A stretch of 64,000 nucleotides of DNA. Origin: Planctomycetota bacterium (GTDB taxonomy: Bacteria; Planctomycetota; UBA11346). This document shows, one piece after another, positions 10,007 to 19,922 of the stretch; within the stretch, counting starts at the first letter, position 1, and every line of letters starts with the position of its first letter. The stretch is from NCBI GenBank assembly GCA_038213805.1, contig JBBQSO010000002.1, positions 415 through 64,414 on the forward strand. Reading direction: 5' to 3'. The translations under genes and the position numbers were made by a program. The notes under the pieces are model-generated. The model saw nothing but the letters and a program-made list of their open reading frames with translations. It did no database searches and was not told where the DNA came from.

Positions 10007-10450
10007 ATGTCATCGCCATCACCTAGCGTTTTCCCGCCCCTCTTGTTCGATCCTGTTTTTCCTGATTTGATCAACGATAACCGAATAGGCATTGAATTCA
10101 CCACGAATGACGAGGAACCGCATGACATCATCGACCTGCATGATCCCATCCGCCGGCGTCCCTTTACCGACATGGGTGACGAGAATCTGCCGGCTCCCAG
10201 CGGAGGATCACCCCAGGTTGCCGTCCAGGTCGGACGCCGACCTATTGAAAATCTAGCCACGCATCCCGGTAGCGCCGAGGTTGCAGGTCCGTGCGCGATC
10301 AACGTGCCGGTTTATGGTCAGATCTGGAGCTTTCTCGGCTATGGACGCCAGGGCGCATACCACGAACGTCATCCCGATCATCAGCGTATGAACGCCGAAT
10401 CCGAAGGCTTATTTTGCGACGACGATACTGGCACGCATCATTTTGGATAA
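10007..10450 (+). CDS. Hypothetical protein (weakly supported ORF)
   Basis: 147-aa ORF with ATG start and no recognisable domain; overlaps the 3' end of the convergent gene by 13 nt and has no clear RBS. Confidence 0.3.
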   Translation: MSSPSPSVFPPLLFDPVFPDLINDNRIGIEFTTNDEEPHDIIDLHDPIRRRPFTDMGDENLPAPSGGSPQVAVQVGRRPIENLATHPGSAEVAGPCAINVPVYGQIWSFLGYGRQGAYHERHPDHQRMNAESEGLFCDDDTGTHHFG

Positions 10451-11151
10451 TCTTGTGTGTGCATGGACATGATGATCCTGACCTGGGTCCCGACCGTGGG
10501 CGTGGCGGTCTCGTCAATTTCCAGTCCCTGGTCCTGACCCTGGTACGGCACCCCGAGAAGATCGCCATACTGGATAACCGATCCACCTTTGGAGGTGATT
10601 CCAGCCACAGCCCCGCTCACATCGGCGGCGTAATGTTCTCTGCCGTCATAGGCAAGGAATGGAGTACCCGTGAAGATCCAGCCGCCGTCGGCCAGACCGT
10701 CCTTGCGCTCGCGATTCTTGAGGAACCGACTGACGTGCTGGCGCTTCTTCTCCCCATTCGCGACGTACTCCACATCCACGACCACGCTGGCCGTTGGTTG
10801 TTCGCGCGCCCGCGCCGGCCACTCGATGTCGACCAGGAATGGAAACGGCGCGGCGCCGAGCATCAGCAGCGCCGCGTGCAGGCGCGACGGCTGACAGCGC
10901 GTCGAGAAGAGCGCCTCGTGGTCGAACGATCCGGATCGGCAGATGAGGTATTCGAGAATGCCCCGATGCAGGCAGATGACGGCATCCATGCTGACCTCGT
11001 GGCGCTCAAGGTCGACCACCAGCCCAGGATCGATTACCACCTGCCCACCGTTTGCCGAAGGCGATTCCGCGGATCGACCTGCGCAGGGCAACGCAGACAA
11101 CAGAAGCACTGTAGCACAGCACAGGGGCAACCCCAGCGACCGCGCCATCAT
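10438..11151 (-). CDS. Hypothetical secreted protein
   Basis: Signal peptide (MMARSLGLPLCCATVLLLSALPCAG) followed by a globular domain; ATG doublet at 11146-11151 (rc). No confident family assignment. Confidence 0.55.
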   Translation of the reverse strand: MMARSLGLPLCCATVLLLSALPCAGRSAESPSANGGQVVIDPGLVVDLERHEVSMDAVICLHRGILEYLICRSGSFDHEALFSTRCQPSRLHAALLMLGAAPFPFLVDIEWPARAREQPTASVVVDVEYVANGEKKRQHVSRFLKNRERKDGLADGGWIFTGTPFLAYDGREHYAADVSGAVAGITSKGGSVIQYGDLLGVPYQGQDQGLEIDETATPTVGTQVRIIMSMHTQDYPK

Positions 11152-11192
11152 TCCCGGGAGAGCGAATTCTCGCCAGATGGGCAAACTGTTCC

Positions 11193-12164
11193 TTATTCCT
11201 CGACGAGCCAGATGTTCCGGAAGACTACGGGGCTCCCGTGCTCCTGCAGGTAGATGGGCCCCGGTTTTGCGCTCTCGCTGCCATCCTGCCCACCGGTGGG
11301 ATTGGGGATCTCCTGATGATCGTGGATGAGCATACCGTTGTGCTTAATCGTCGCAACGGCCGCGTGCTGCTTCTTACCCATCGTATCGAAGACCGCGGCG
11401 GTGAAAACGATGTCGTAGGTCTGCCATGACAGCGGTGGAAAGCTGAGATTCATGGTTGCGGGGGCGGTGCTCCAGATCCCCCCGCAGTCACCCTTGCTTG
11501 GCGGCAGGCCAAAGGAATCGAGCACCTGCACTTCGTAGCGGTTCTGTAAATACACGCCGCTGTTGCCCCGTTCCTGTCCGCTATCCAGCGGCCGGAAGCA
11601 CTCCATGAACTCAAGGTGCAGCGTGAAATTGACAAAGGAGCGCTTGCTCGTCGAGCCGCATTTCAGGAAGCCGCGGCCGTCCATCCCCGGGCCGTTCCAC
11701 GCGTCTGCATTTTTCCCATCGAAGAGCACGACAGCGCCTGCCGGTGGCTTCGCGAGCAGGGTTGGGCTCTGCCGCTGAAGATGACTGGCGGTCAGGGTCA
11801 GATTCCCCGGGGCCGTACCAACCAGCATACCAGAGCCCGACCGCACCTGGTAGCCGTTGCCCCTGAATGCCAGCTTCCCATCCACCAAGGTCGCCTCCAC
11901 CGTGACCTGGTCCTTTCCGGTCCACCCATCCCCTGGCAGGCCTCCGGGCTCGAACACCGCGCGGAACCGCCCGTTTCCCATGGCGATGACCTGGACGCCG
12001 ACGCCGCCGGATCCTGGTTCCGTCAGGCCCCGATATTCGCCCTGGATCGCGAAATCGGGACCGGCCTTGTCCGCATCGGTGATGATGATCCGCTCTCCTT
12101 CCTCAGCGCTGAGTCCAGCACCGGCCAGAAGCAGAGGGAGCGACAGGAGGAAGCGCGCGTGCAT
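11193..12164 (-). CDS. DUF1080 domain (3-keto-disaccharide hydrolase/LamG-like) secreted protein
   Basis: Signal peptide (MHARFLLSLPLLLAGAGLSA) and the characteristic C-terminal motif (...PIYLQEHGSPVVFRNIWLVE) of the DUF1080 family. Start ATG at 12162-12164 (rc). Confidence 0.75.
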   Translation of the reverse strand: MHARFLLSLPLLLAGAGLSAEEGERIIITDADKAGPDFAIQGEYRGLTEPGSGGVGVQVIAMGNGRFRAVFEPGGLPGDGWTGKDQVTVEATLVDGKLAFRGNGYQVRSGSGMLVGTAPGNLTLTASHLQRQSPTLLAKPPAGAVVLFDGKNADAWNGPGMDGRGFLKCGSTSKRSFVNFTLHLEFMECFRPLDSGQERGNSGVYLQNRYEVQVLDSFGLPPSKGDCGGIWSTAPATMNLSFPPLSWQTYDIVFTAAVFDTMGKKQHAAVATIKHNGMLIHDHQEIPNPTGGQDGSESAKPGPIYLQEHGSPVVFRNIWLVEE

Positions 12165-12225
12165 GTGAATTTCTCGGAGGGATGGGCGTGGCTTGCCAAG
12201 GCGCAGGGACGATTCACTGGTTCTT

Positions 12226-15039
12226 TCAGGGGCCATTCGTGTCTCCGACCTGGTTGATCGTGCTGTAGAAGTCCGCCTGCAGCGCCGCCCCATCGGCCGC
12301 GGTGATCTCGTAGCGAAGCTTCATCTGCATTGCCGGCCGGATCCCGGGGATCTCCAGGAACACCGTACGCGCATCGGCCGACAGGGTCACCGCGGTGATG
12401 TCGAACGGATCGTGGCCCTTCTTCTTGGGATCGTCGAGGTGCACCTCGGGAGAGCCATAGTTCTCCGTCCATAGATAGTTCCAGGCTTCCGCACTGTAAT
12501 TGTCCTTGGCCGCTGCGCTTGAACGATCGAGTGGGGCGCTGAAAGTCAGGCTCAGACCGTTCTTTTTGATCTTGTATCCGACCGGCATGTGCACCGTCTT
12601 ACCGGTATAGCGGACGCGCTGGAAGCCCGCGTCCTTGTTGCCGTTGGTCTGCCAGCCGCGCATGCCGCAGACATAGAGTTGGCCGTCCTTGGGATTGAAG
12701 CGCGCGCGCATGATGCCGGTGTTGAACGCGAGCGGGAAGCGCACGCATCCGCCCTGTGGGACGGCCCCCTCCTTGCTCCACGAGATCAGGAACAGTGAGC
12801 TGGTGCCGTAGGACAGGTGCAGCAGGCTGCCTTCCGGCAGACCCCAGCGAGAGCCGATCACCCAGGCCTGGCCACCGCTCGAGTTGTCGACCATGCTGTT
12901 GTGCGGAAGCCACAACAAGGGCTTGTCGTAGTCAGTGGGTACGGGCGTGCGGTGAGATAGCGGCGGCACCCCATAGAAGCCGCCCTTCTGGACGAGGTTG
13001 ATGCGCGAACTCGGGGTCCAGGTCCCTTCGTTGTCCCCGCAGGTCACCTCGCCATGCGGGCCGACGCTCATCCCGTTCGGCGCACGGAAACCCGTCGCGA
13101 AGACCTCCGATCCTGAACCGTCCTTCGTCACCTTGAACATGCAGCCGCTGCTCTCGGTAATGTGCTCCCACCCGCCGCCGCCCGCATGCACCGGACCTGC
13201 CTTGGCATAGTAGAAGTTGCCCTGCGGATCAGTCCACAGGTCGAAGGCGAACTCGTGGAACGCACCCGAGGTGTGCACATGGTTGTTGAAGGACTGATGG
13301 AGATCCGCCTCGCCATCCCGGTTCAGATCTACCAACCGCTCGATGCCGTCGCGGGTGGTCACGTGGATCACGTCATCGACGATCTTCAGACCGAGCGGCT
13401 GGTGCAGGCCGGCCGCGAAGCGCTTCCAGGTCAGCTTTTCGAGCCGGTCGTCGATTCCGGAAACCACCCACACATCACCGTTCCACGTCGAGACCGCGGC
13501 CCGGCCGTCTGAGAAGAAGTCAAAACCAGTGAAGCGCAGTTTGGAATTGAAGGGATTTCCCTCTGGGACGGTGATGGTATCGACGGCGTAGGCGACGCCT
13601 TCGGGCGCCACGCCCAGCACACCTCTGGTCTCGACGGTCTCGGGATAGCGTGCGGCGCCACCTGCGACGAGGGACCCGGGCTCGACCATGGCTGCGGCGG
13701 CCGCCGCGGCGATCCGGGTGTTGGCATCGGCGCCAGCGCAGTGGCAGATCACCAGCTTGAACGTGGCCGACCGCACCGCGGCGATTTTCATCACGATGCG
13801 GGCCCCGACCACTTCCAGACTGACGCCGGCCGGCGCTCCGACCAGGGCGACGGTGACCTTCCTCGCGCCCGCGCCAAGTGTGGCGATGTTGCCAGCAACT
13901 ACGCCCTGACCATCCTGCAACTCGGCCACCAGATTGTAGGCCGCGTCGATGTCCGCGATGTGCAGCGTCCGCGAGACCGCTTGGCCCGCGGCCTCGAATC
14001 CGGGCGATTCGAGCACCGTGCCGGTGCCGACGGTGTAGGCAAAGACCACCCGCCCGCCGTTCATGTACTGACCCTTGAACTTGGCGAGGTCGGCCGGAAG
14101 TGGGCCGAATGGCTCGCGGCGCGGATCGTCGAAGCGCGTGTTCTTCGACCAGCCCGGAAGCGGCGGAGTTCCGAAGATTTGCGTGCCGGCGACCTGCGGT
14201 CCCGGGACCCCGTGGGCGCCGTCGTAGGCCACGCCCTTGAGCTCAAGGAAGCCGCCGGTCCAGCCCGCGCTCATGCGCATGAGATCCGCGTCGAAACACA
14301 TGCCACCCGTGACCGCCTGATCGCCCGTCCCGAAGGTCAACAACGCCGCGTGGCCCTTGATCGCCAGGTTCCCCGCCGGCTCCGCCGCGGTGATGGTGTC
14401 GCACAGCACGCTGCCGAAATCCATGTCGAGGAACCACCCGACGTTACCGTGGTGGGGACGCCTGTTCCAGGCCGCCTTGTCCCAGGCGATCGCCGTGTCG
14501 GCGCCGCGATCGTGGGAAAGCACGTCACCAGGGATGATGGTTTCGCTGCCGCCCGGCACCACCCAGTACAATCTGCACCCGGCATCACCTGCACCCTGGA
14601 AATACTCGAAGCGCAGCCGGTGCTCGCCCGTGGCAAGATGGACCTGCCCGGGCTTCTTCGCCATGGCATGCGTTCCACCGCTATCGACCACCTGTCGGTC
14701 ATCGATGAAGAGCCGTGAGCCGTCGTCGGACTCGGTGATGAAGGTGTAGTCACCGTCCTTGGCAACCTTGATGGAGCCGGACCAACGCATCTGGTAGTTC
14801 TGCAAGATCCGGGTGATCCGGTAGAGCTCCTCGCCATTGCTGAAAGAGATCTGGCTATCGACGTGCACCGCGGTCGGGCGCAGGCCCGCGAAATCCTGGA
14901 AGTCGCCTATCCCATGGTCGAAGGCGAAGCATTCACCGACCAGGCCAGGTTCCTGATCAGCCCCGAAGACCGTGGCCAGGAGGCCGCTCAGGATCAAAAG
15001 ACTGGGGCGAGACAGACTTACAGGGTGGTGCAGGCCCAT
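12226..15039 (-). CDS. PVC-type secreted PA14 domain + soluble-quinoprotein/glucose-sorbosone-dehydrogenase-like beta-propeller ('membrane-bound dehydrogenase domain') protein
   Basis: Signal peptide begins at MGLHHPVSLSRPSLLILSGLLATVFGA (ATG rc at 15037-15039; the track ORF extends further upstream). PA14 motif (GDYTFITESDDGSRLFIDDRQVVDSGG). Propeller motifs (FATGFRAPNGMSVGPHGEVTCGDNEGTW). Confidence 0.7.
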   Translation of the reverse strand: MGLHHPVSLSRPSLLILSGLLATVFGADQEPGLVGECFAFDHGIGDFQDFAGLRPTAVHVDSQISFSNGEELYRITRILQNYQMRWSGSIKVAKDGDYTFITESDDGSRLFIDDRQVVDSGGTHAMAKKPGQVHLATGEHRLRFEYFQGAGDAGCRLYWVVPGGSETIIPGDVLSHDRGADTAIAWDKAAWNRRPHHGNVGWFLDMDFGSVLCDTITAAEPAGNLAIKGHAALLTFGTGDQAVTGGMCFDADLMRMSAGWTGGFLELKGVAYDGAHGVPGPQVAGTQIFGTPPLPGWSKNTRFDDPRREPFGPLPADLAKFKGQYMNGGRVVFAYTVGTGTVLESPGFEAAGQAVSRTLHIADIDAAYNLVAELQDGQGVVAGNIATLGAGARKVTVALVGAPAGVSLEVVGARIVMKIAAVRSATFKLVICHCAGADANTRIAAAAAAAMVEPGSLVAGGAARYPETVETRGVLGVAPEGVAYAVDTITVPEGNPFNSKLRFTGFDFFSDGRAAVSTWNGDVWVVSGIDDRLEKLTWKRFAAGLHQPLGLKIVDDVIHVTTRDGIERLVDLNRDGEADLHQSFNNHVHTSGAFHEFAFDLWTDPQGNFYYAKAGPVHAGGGGWEHITESSGCMFKVTKDGSGSEVFATGFRAPNGMSVGPHGEVTCGDNEGTWTPSSRINLVQKGGFYGVPPLSHRTPVPTDYDKPLLWLPHNSMVDNSSGGQAWVIGSRWGLPEGSLLHLSYGTSSLFLISWSKEGAVPQGGCVRFPLAFNTGIMRARFNPKDGQLYVCGMRGWQTNGNKDAGFQRVRYTGKTVHMPVGYKIKKNGLSLTFSAPLDRSSAAAKDNYSAEAWNYLWTENYGSPEVHLDDPKKKGHDPFDITAVTLSADARTVFLEIPGIRPAMQMKLRYEITAADGAALQADFYSTINQVGDTNGP

Positions 15040-15295
15040 GGATATCCTTGGGGACGGTGACGGTGACTGGCGGTGCGTTCCGCGCAGGAGCTGCGATTCC
15101 AACAAATTACCAACCCAGGGCCAAGTCTCAGCGCTTGGCCCTGGGAGGGCCGCTGGGCGCCCCGGTCGGCGGGGGTGCATTGCCCGCGCGATCGCCATGA
15201 AGATGTTGCCGCTCGGTCCCTGCACATACGCGCGTATACGGACACCCTGGCTGGCAACATGGAGTATAGTTCTCATGCACTTGCAGGAACACGCC

Positions 15296-17074
15296 ATGCG
15301 CGCACCCGCGATCCTACTCTCCCTCCTCGCGGCCGCCACGCTCGCACCGGCGCTGTCAGCGGGGGCTGATCTGGCGCCCATCACCGAGACCAAGGTCGAA
15401 CGCGATACGCGCATGGCGTGGTTTCGCGAGGCGCGTTTCGGGATGTTCATCCACTGGGGCATCTACTCCGTGTCGGAAGGCACCTGGAAGAACGACACCG
15501 GCTACGGCGAATGGCTGATGGAACAGGCCAAGATCCTGACCTCGGAATACGCCGGCCTAGCCAAGCGCTTCAATCCGACCGGCTTCGACGCCAAGGCCTG
15601 GGTCCGCATCGCCAAGGATGCGGGCATGAAGTACCTGGTGGTCACCGCCAGGCACCACGATGGCTTCGCGATGTTCCCCTCGAAGTTTTCTGACTGGTGC
15701 ATCTCTGCGACGCCATTCAAGCGCGATCCGCTCGCAGAGCTGGCTGCGGCCTGCAAGGATGCCGGGATCCGCTTCTGTGTGTATTATTCGATCATGGACT
15801 GGCACCACCCGGATTGGGGCAACCGCCGGGCCTGGAACGACACGGCCAAAGGCATTCCGGATCCGGATCGCTTTGCCGAATTCATGAAGCACCAGCTGAC
15901 TGAATTGGTCACCACCTATCACCCCGCCCTGGTCTGGTTCGATGGCCAGTGGGAAGAGCCTTGGACCCACAGCTACGGCGTCGATATCTACACGCATTTG
16001 CGCAAGCTGGACCCCATGATCCTGACCAACGGTCGGGTCGAAGGGCACCACACGCCGAATGAGGATGCGAACATCAAGAATGTGACGGTGGGCGACTACG
16101 ACACGCCCGAGCAGAACATCCCGCCCTTCGGCTTCGGTCCCGGTGTCGACTGGGAAACGTGCATGACCTTCAACAACCATTGGAGCTACAACAAGGGCGA
16201 CCACGCCTGGAAGTCCACCACGACCCTGCTGCACAACCTCATCGACGTCGCCAGCAAGGGCGGAAACTACCTGCTCAACGTCGGTCCCACGCCCGAGGGC
16301 CTCATTCCCGAGGCCAGCACCACGCGCTTGGCTGAAATCGGCGCCTGGATGAAGGTCAACGGCGAGTCGATCCATGGCAGTACCGCCAGCGCCTTCGCGC
16401 GTTTGACCTGGGGCCGCAGCACCAGCAAACCTGGGAAGCTCTATCTGCACGTCTTCGCTTGGCCGAAAGATGGCACGCTGCTGGTGCCCATGAACGGAAC
16501 GGTCAGCAAGGGGTATCTGCTCGCCCAGCCCGGGAAGGCACTGAAGATGACGCCGGGTGCGCAGGGCCTGGAGCTGAAACTGCCGCTGGAAGCGCCCGAC
16601 GCGAACGCTTCCGTGGTGGTGCTGAACGTGCCCGGCGAGGTCAAGCCGATCTATGTGTCCGTCATCAACCACCAGGGCGCCGATGGCAAGATCCCACTCA
16701 TCGCAGAGGACTGCGATGTGACGGGCGGCATTAAGCTCAACGGCAATCCCTGCGCCATCGGCAGCTGGCTGAACGCCAAGGATACGGTGTCCTGGCAGGT
16801 CATGGTCGACAAGCCCGGCACCTTCGCGGTCACCCTTGATCATGCGCTGGGAGATGAGGGCAACGGCAACGTGTTCTCCCTGACCGTCGGGGACCAGGCA
16901 TTGCAGGGCACCTTGGCTGCCACCAAGGGATGGGACGATTACGTCCAGACTCTGGTCGGCACCATCACCATCCCGGCAGCCGGCATGGTCACCCTCACCA
17001 TCAAACCGGCCAGCCAACCGCACAGCGGCTTGATGAATCTGCGCGGCGTGACGTTGACGCCAAAGGCGCCATAA
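15296..17074 (+). CDS. Alpha-L-fucosidase, glycoside hydrolase family 29
   Basis: Signal peptide (MRAPAILLSLLAAATLAPALSAGA); GH29 motifs RFGMFIHWGIYSV and ARHHDGFAMFPS; C-terminal beta-sandwich. An alternative ATG lies at 15275. Confidence 0.85.
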   Translation: MRAPAILLSLLAAATLAPALSAGADLAPITETKVERDTRMAWFREARFGMFIHWGIYSVSEGTWKNDTGYGEWLMEQAKILTSEYAGLAKRFNPTGFDAKAWVRIAKDAGMKYLVVTARHHDGFAMFPSKFSDWCISATPFKRDPLAELAAACKDAGIRFCVYYSIMDWHHPDWGNRRAWNDTAKGIPDPDRFAEFMKHQLTELVTTYHPALVWFDGQWEEPWTHSYGVDIYTHLRKLDPMILTNGRVEGHHTPNEDANIKNVTVGDYDTPEQNIPPFGFGPGVDWETCMTFNNHWSYNKGDHAWKSTTTLLHNLIDVASKGGNYLLNVGPTPEGLIPEASTTRLAEIGAWMKVNGESIHGSTASAFARLTWGRSTSKPGKLYLHVFAWPKDGTLLVPMNGTVSKGYLLAQPGKALKMTPGAQGLELKLPLEAPDANASVVVLNVPGEVKPIYVSVINHQGADGKIPLIAEDCDVTGGIKLNGNPCAIGSWLNAKDTVSWQVMVDKPGTFAVTLDHALGDEGNGNVFSLTVGDQALQGTLAATKGWDDYVQTLVGTITIPAAGMVTLTIKPASQPHSGLMNLRGVTLTPKAP

Positions 17075-17090
17075 GTCGCGGCGTCATCCG

Positions 17091-17122
17091 CAAGCGATCA
17101 TGCCTTCTGTACGATCGCTTGC
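17091..17122 (+). terminator. Stem-loop (10-bp perfect stem GCAAGCGATC / GATCGCTTGC, 12-nt loop) 17 nt after the fucosidase stop; candidate intrinsic terminator without a U-tract
   Basis: Inverted repeat read directly from the sequence immediately downstream of the stop at 17072-17074. Confidence 0.4.
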
Positions 17123-17236
17123 GAGCAGGTGCGGCGCCGCGTCAGTGGCCTCGCGCGGGCGATCTCCCGACCGCACTGCGCCGACCGCTGGGGAATGACC
17201 TAGGCGCCGGCTCGCACGGTGCCGTGCCGCAGCGCT

Positions 17237-18265
17237 TCAATTCCGTTCGTCGGCCTGCACCAGCCGGATCCTCAAGCGCCGCTCCGGATCATCCACCCCC
17301 TCTGTTTCGATGCCGACGATCCCGGCCACCAGCTGCAGGGGTGGCCGTGGTTCCGTGACGACGAGGCGGATCCGCAGCAGCGGCGTCCCGTTCATGGTCA
17401 GGGTCGCGGGTAACGTGAAGACTGCCGACCCCTGCTGCCGGAGCCAGACCTGGGGGTCCGCAGCCGCGACGCCGCTCGCGTCGATGGAGATGCGCAGCCG
17501 CCGCGACCAGATCATGCCGACCAGCGTCGTGAAGGGCGGAAACGGCAGGGCCTCGCGCAGCAGGGACTGCAACGGGGCGGTGTTTTCCACCAGCCTGAAG
17601 AATTCTTCGCAGGCGAGGCAGGTCATCGCGATCTCCCTGACCGACCGCTCGTCCCAGGCCGTGCCGCGCCTGCGCGCCTTCGCCTGTTCCTGCGCGACGC
17701 GCTGGAGAGGGAATGGCTGGGAAGCGAATTCCAGATTCATCTTGGCGCTCTCATCCACGGGGGTCGATTCGCCCAGTTCCTTCGCCCGCAGCCAGAATGC
17801 GGCGCCGCGCGCCAGACCCAGTTCCAGATACGCGGCGTTCACGTCGACCCGCACCGCCTGGGTCTGCGGCGGATCCGCCGGGACGCCGGCGACCGGTCCA
17901 AGCAGGCGGATGCCGATCGCCGCATGCCGGCGTGGAATGGCAAAGTGATCGCCGGTGGATGCATAGACCACGTCTTCCGTTCCTGCGCCCAGATCGCCCG
18001 GGAGAGGATCCGCGTGGAGGGACATGAGCCATTCGCGACGCCGCCCGTGGACGTCCAGGGCGATCGCGAAGCGCAGGTCTGCAGGATCGGCCAGCATGCC
18101 AAACGTTCGTGCGGCAGCGAGCAGGTCCGCGCTGGGCCGCAGCGTGTCAGGTGGCGCAGTCGCCCGGACGCCGCAGGCCGCCAGGCACAGCACCATGATC
18201 ACCAACGATATATGGTGGGCTCCCGCATGGGCTGCGCGGGGGAAGGGGTTCCGCATGCCTCGCAT
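17237..18265 (-). CDS. Hypothetical lipoprotein/secreted protein
   Basis: Probable start MRGMRNPFPRAAHAGAHHISLVIMVLCLAACG (lipobox-like LAAC) at ATG rc 18263-18265; no recognisable domain. Confidence 0.5.
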   Translation of the reverse strand: MRGMRNPFPRAAHAGAHHISLVIMVLCLAACGVRATAPPDTLRPSADLLAAARTFGMLADPADLRFAIALDVHGRRREWLMSLHADPLPGDLGAGTEDVVYASTGDHFAIPRRHAAIGIRLLGPVAGVPADPPQTQAVRVDVNAAYLELGLARGAAFWLRAKELGESTPVDESAKMNLEFASQPFPLQRVAQEQAKARRRGTAWDERSVREIAMTCLACEEFFRLVENTAPLQSLLREALPFPPFTTLVGMIWSRRLRISIDASGVAAADPQVWLRQQGSAVFTLPATLTMNGTPLLRIRLVVTEPRPPLQLVAGIVGIETEGVDDPERRLRIRLVQADERN

Positions 18266-18662
18266 GGTAGGGATTGCACGGGCTTCGCCAGACGACAACG
18301 GTATGGGATCACTCCCTATCCCTGATGCGCGTGCTCGCTCCGTGCGGCGTGACTGAAGCGCGGTACTAATCACAGGATGTCAGGGTTCTACCGCGGCATC
18401 GGGTCTGGCGCTTGATGCTGCGTCCTCGCCCATGTCGTGCTCAACGCGATCACGTACAAACGCCCGTGGTTATTGCTCATCTCCATCTCGTCGATGCTGG
18501 TTCCAGCGGCGGTGGCGTTGCTCTTGTACGGAATCCGCGACGCTTCCTGAAACGCGGTTCGCCTTGAGCGGGCCGGGCCATGGCGACGCCGTTCGTCGTG
18601 GAGTCGAGAGCACCGCGTCGTCGCCTGGGCAACGCCGCGGTCCTGGTCCAGGACCCGGTCCC

Positions 18663-19916
18663 TCACCCCGCGATATCTCCCACCACCGCCACCACCCGAT
18701 CGACCTCATCCAGCGTATTATAGTGCGCGAAACCGATGCGGATCAGCCCGCCCTGGTCGGCCAGCCCGAGCTGATCGATCACGCCCTTGGCGTAGAAGTG
18801 CCCATCCCACACGAAGATGCCGCGCGCGGCGAGCCGCTCGGAAACCTGCCGCGGCGTGCAGCCGGCAAGGATGAAGCCGAACGTCGGGGTGCGGGCGCCG
18901 ATCCGATCTTGATCGGCAATGCCGTAGAGCCGCGCGCCGGGGATGGTGGCGAGCCCGGCGAGGAAGCGCTGCGACAGCATCGCCTCATGGGCGACGATCC
19001 GGCGCATGCCGGCAACGAGCGCCGCGCGAGCGAGCGGATCCGGCGCGGCCTCTGCGCCGAGGCCGCCGAAATAGGCGAGGCACGCGCGCAGACCGGCGAT
19101 GGCCTCGGTGTTCTGCGTGCCCGTCTCCCATTTTCCGGGCGGCAGCGCGGATGATGGTCGCACCTTGTAGGCGGTCAGCGACTCGAGCAGCGCCTGACGG
19201 CCGTAGAGCATGCCGAGGTGCGGCCCGCAGAACTTGTAGGCTGAGCAGGCCAGGAAATCGCAATCGAGTGCCTGCACGTCGATGACGCCATGCGGCGCGT
19301 AGTGCACCGCATCGACGTAGACCAGCGCGCCCGCGCGGTGCGCGGCGGCGATCAGCGGCGCCAGGTCGACGATGGTACCGACCGCGTTGGAGGCATGGCC
19401 GAGCGCCACCAGGCGCGTGCGCGGTCCGAGCAGCGCGGTGAGGCCGTCCAGCGGCAGGGACAGGTCGTGCGGGGCGCAGCCGAGGGTGCGCACGATCGCC
19501 CCGCGCTCTTCGGCGGCGAGCAGCCAGGGTGCGACGTTGGCGTCGTGGTCGAGGGTGGTGACGATGATCTCATCGCCCGGCTGCCAGGTGCGCGCCAGGG
19601 CGCGGCTCATGGCGAAGGTCAGGCTGGTCATGTTCTGGCCGAACACGATCTCTTGCGCGCTGGTGGCGTTGATCAGGTGCATAACGCCGGCGCGCGCCTG
19701 GGCGGTCAGCTCGCCGGTCTCGCGGCTGGTGGCGAATATGCCGCCGAAGTTCGCGTTGCTGGTTTCCAGGTAGGCCGTCATCGCTGCGGTGACGGCACGC
19801 GGCACCTGGGTGCCGCCGGGCGCGTCGGCGTAGATCACCGGTCGTCCGTCATGCAGGCGGGCGAGCGACGGGAAGTCCGCGCGCAGGCGGTGCGGATCGA
19901 GGGGCTTCAGTGACAT
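18663..19916 (-). CDS. PLP-dependent aminotransferase class V enzyme (cysteine desulfurase / selenocysteine lyase / isopenicillin-N-epimerase-like)
   Basis: 417 aa; class V fold motifs (LDCDFLACSAYKFCGPHLGMLYG with the PLP lysine context, HYAPHG). Start ATG lies 6 nt after the stop of the upstream dioxygenase gene. Confidence 0.8.
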   Translation of the reverse strand: MSLKPLDPHRLRADFPSLARLHDGRPVIYADAPGGTQVPRAVTAAMTAYLETSNANFGGIFATSRETGELTAQARAGVMHLINATSAQEIVFGQNMTSLTFAMSRALARTWQPGDEIIVTTLDHDANVAPWLLAAEERGAIVRTLGCAPHDLSLPLDGLTALLGPRTRLVALGHASNAVGTIVDLAPLIAAAHRAGALVYVDAVHYAPHGVIDVQALDCDFLACSAYKFCGPHLGMLYGRQALLESLTAYKVRPSSALPPGKWETGTQNTEAIAGLRACLAYFGGLGAEAAPDPLARAALVAGMRRIVAHEAMLSQRFLAGLATIPGARLYGIADQDRIGARTPTFGFILAGCTPRQVSERLAARGIFVWDGHFYAKGVIDQLGLADQGGLIRIGFAHYNTLDEVDRVVAVVGDIAG

Positions 19917-19922
19917 GGACTC

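Noticed and set aside
13741-17023. Plus-strand ORF 13741-14718 and minus-strand ORF 15557-17023 overlapping the PA14/dehydrogenase-like gene and the fucosidase gene
   Set aside because: Alternate frames of well-supported genes; no domain signatures.
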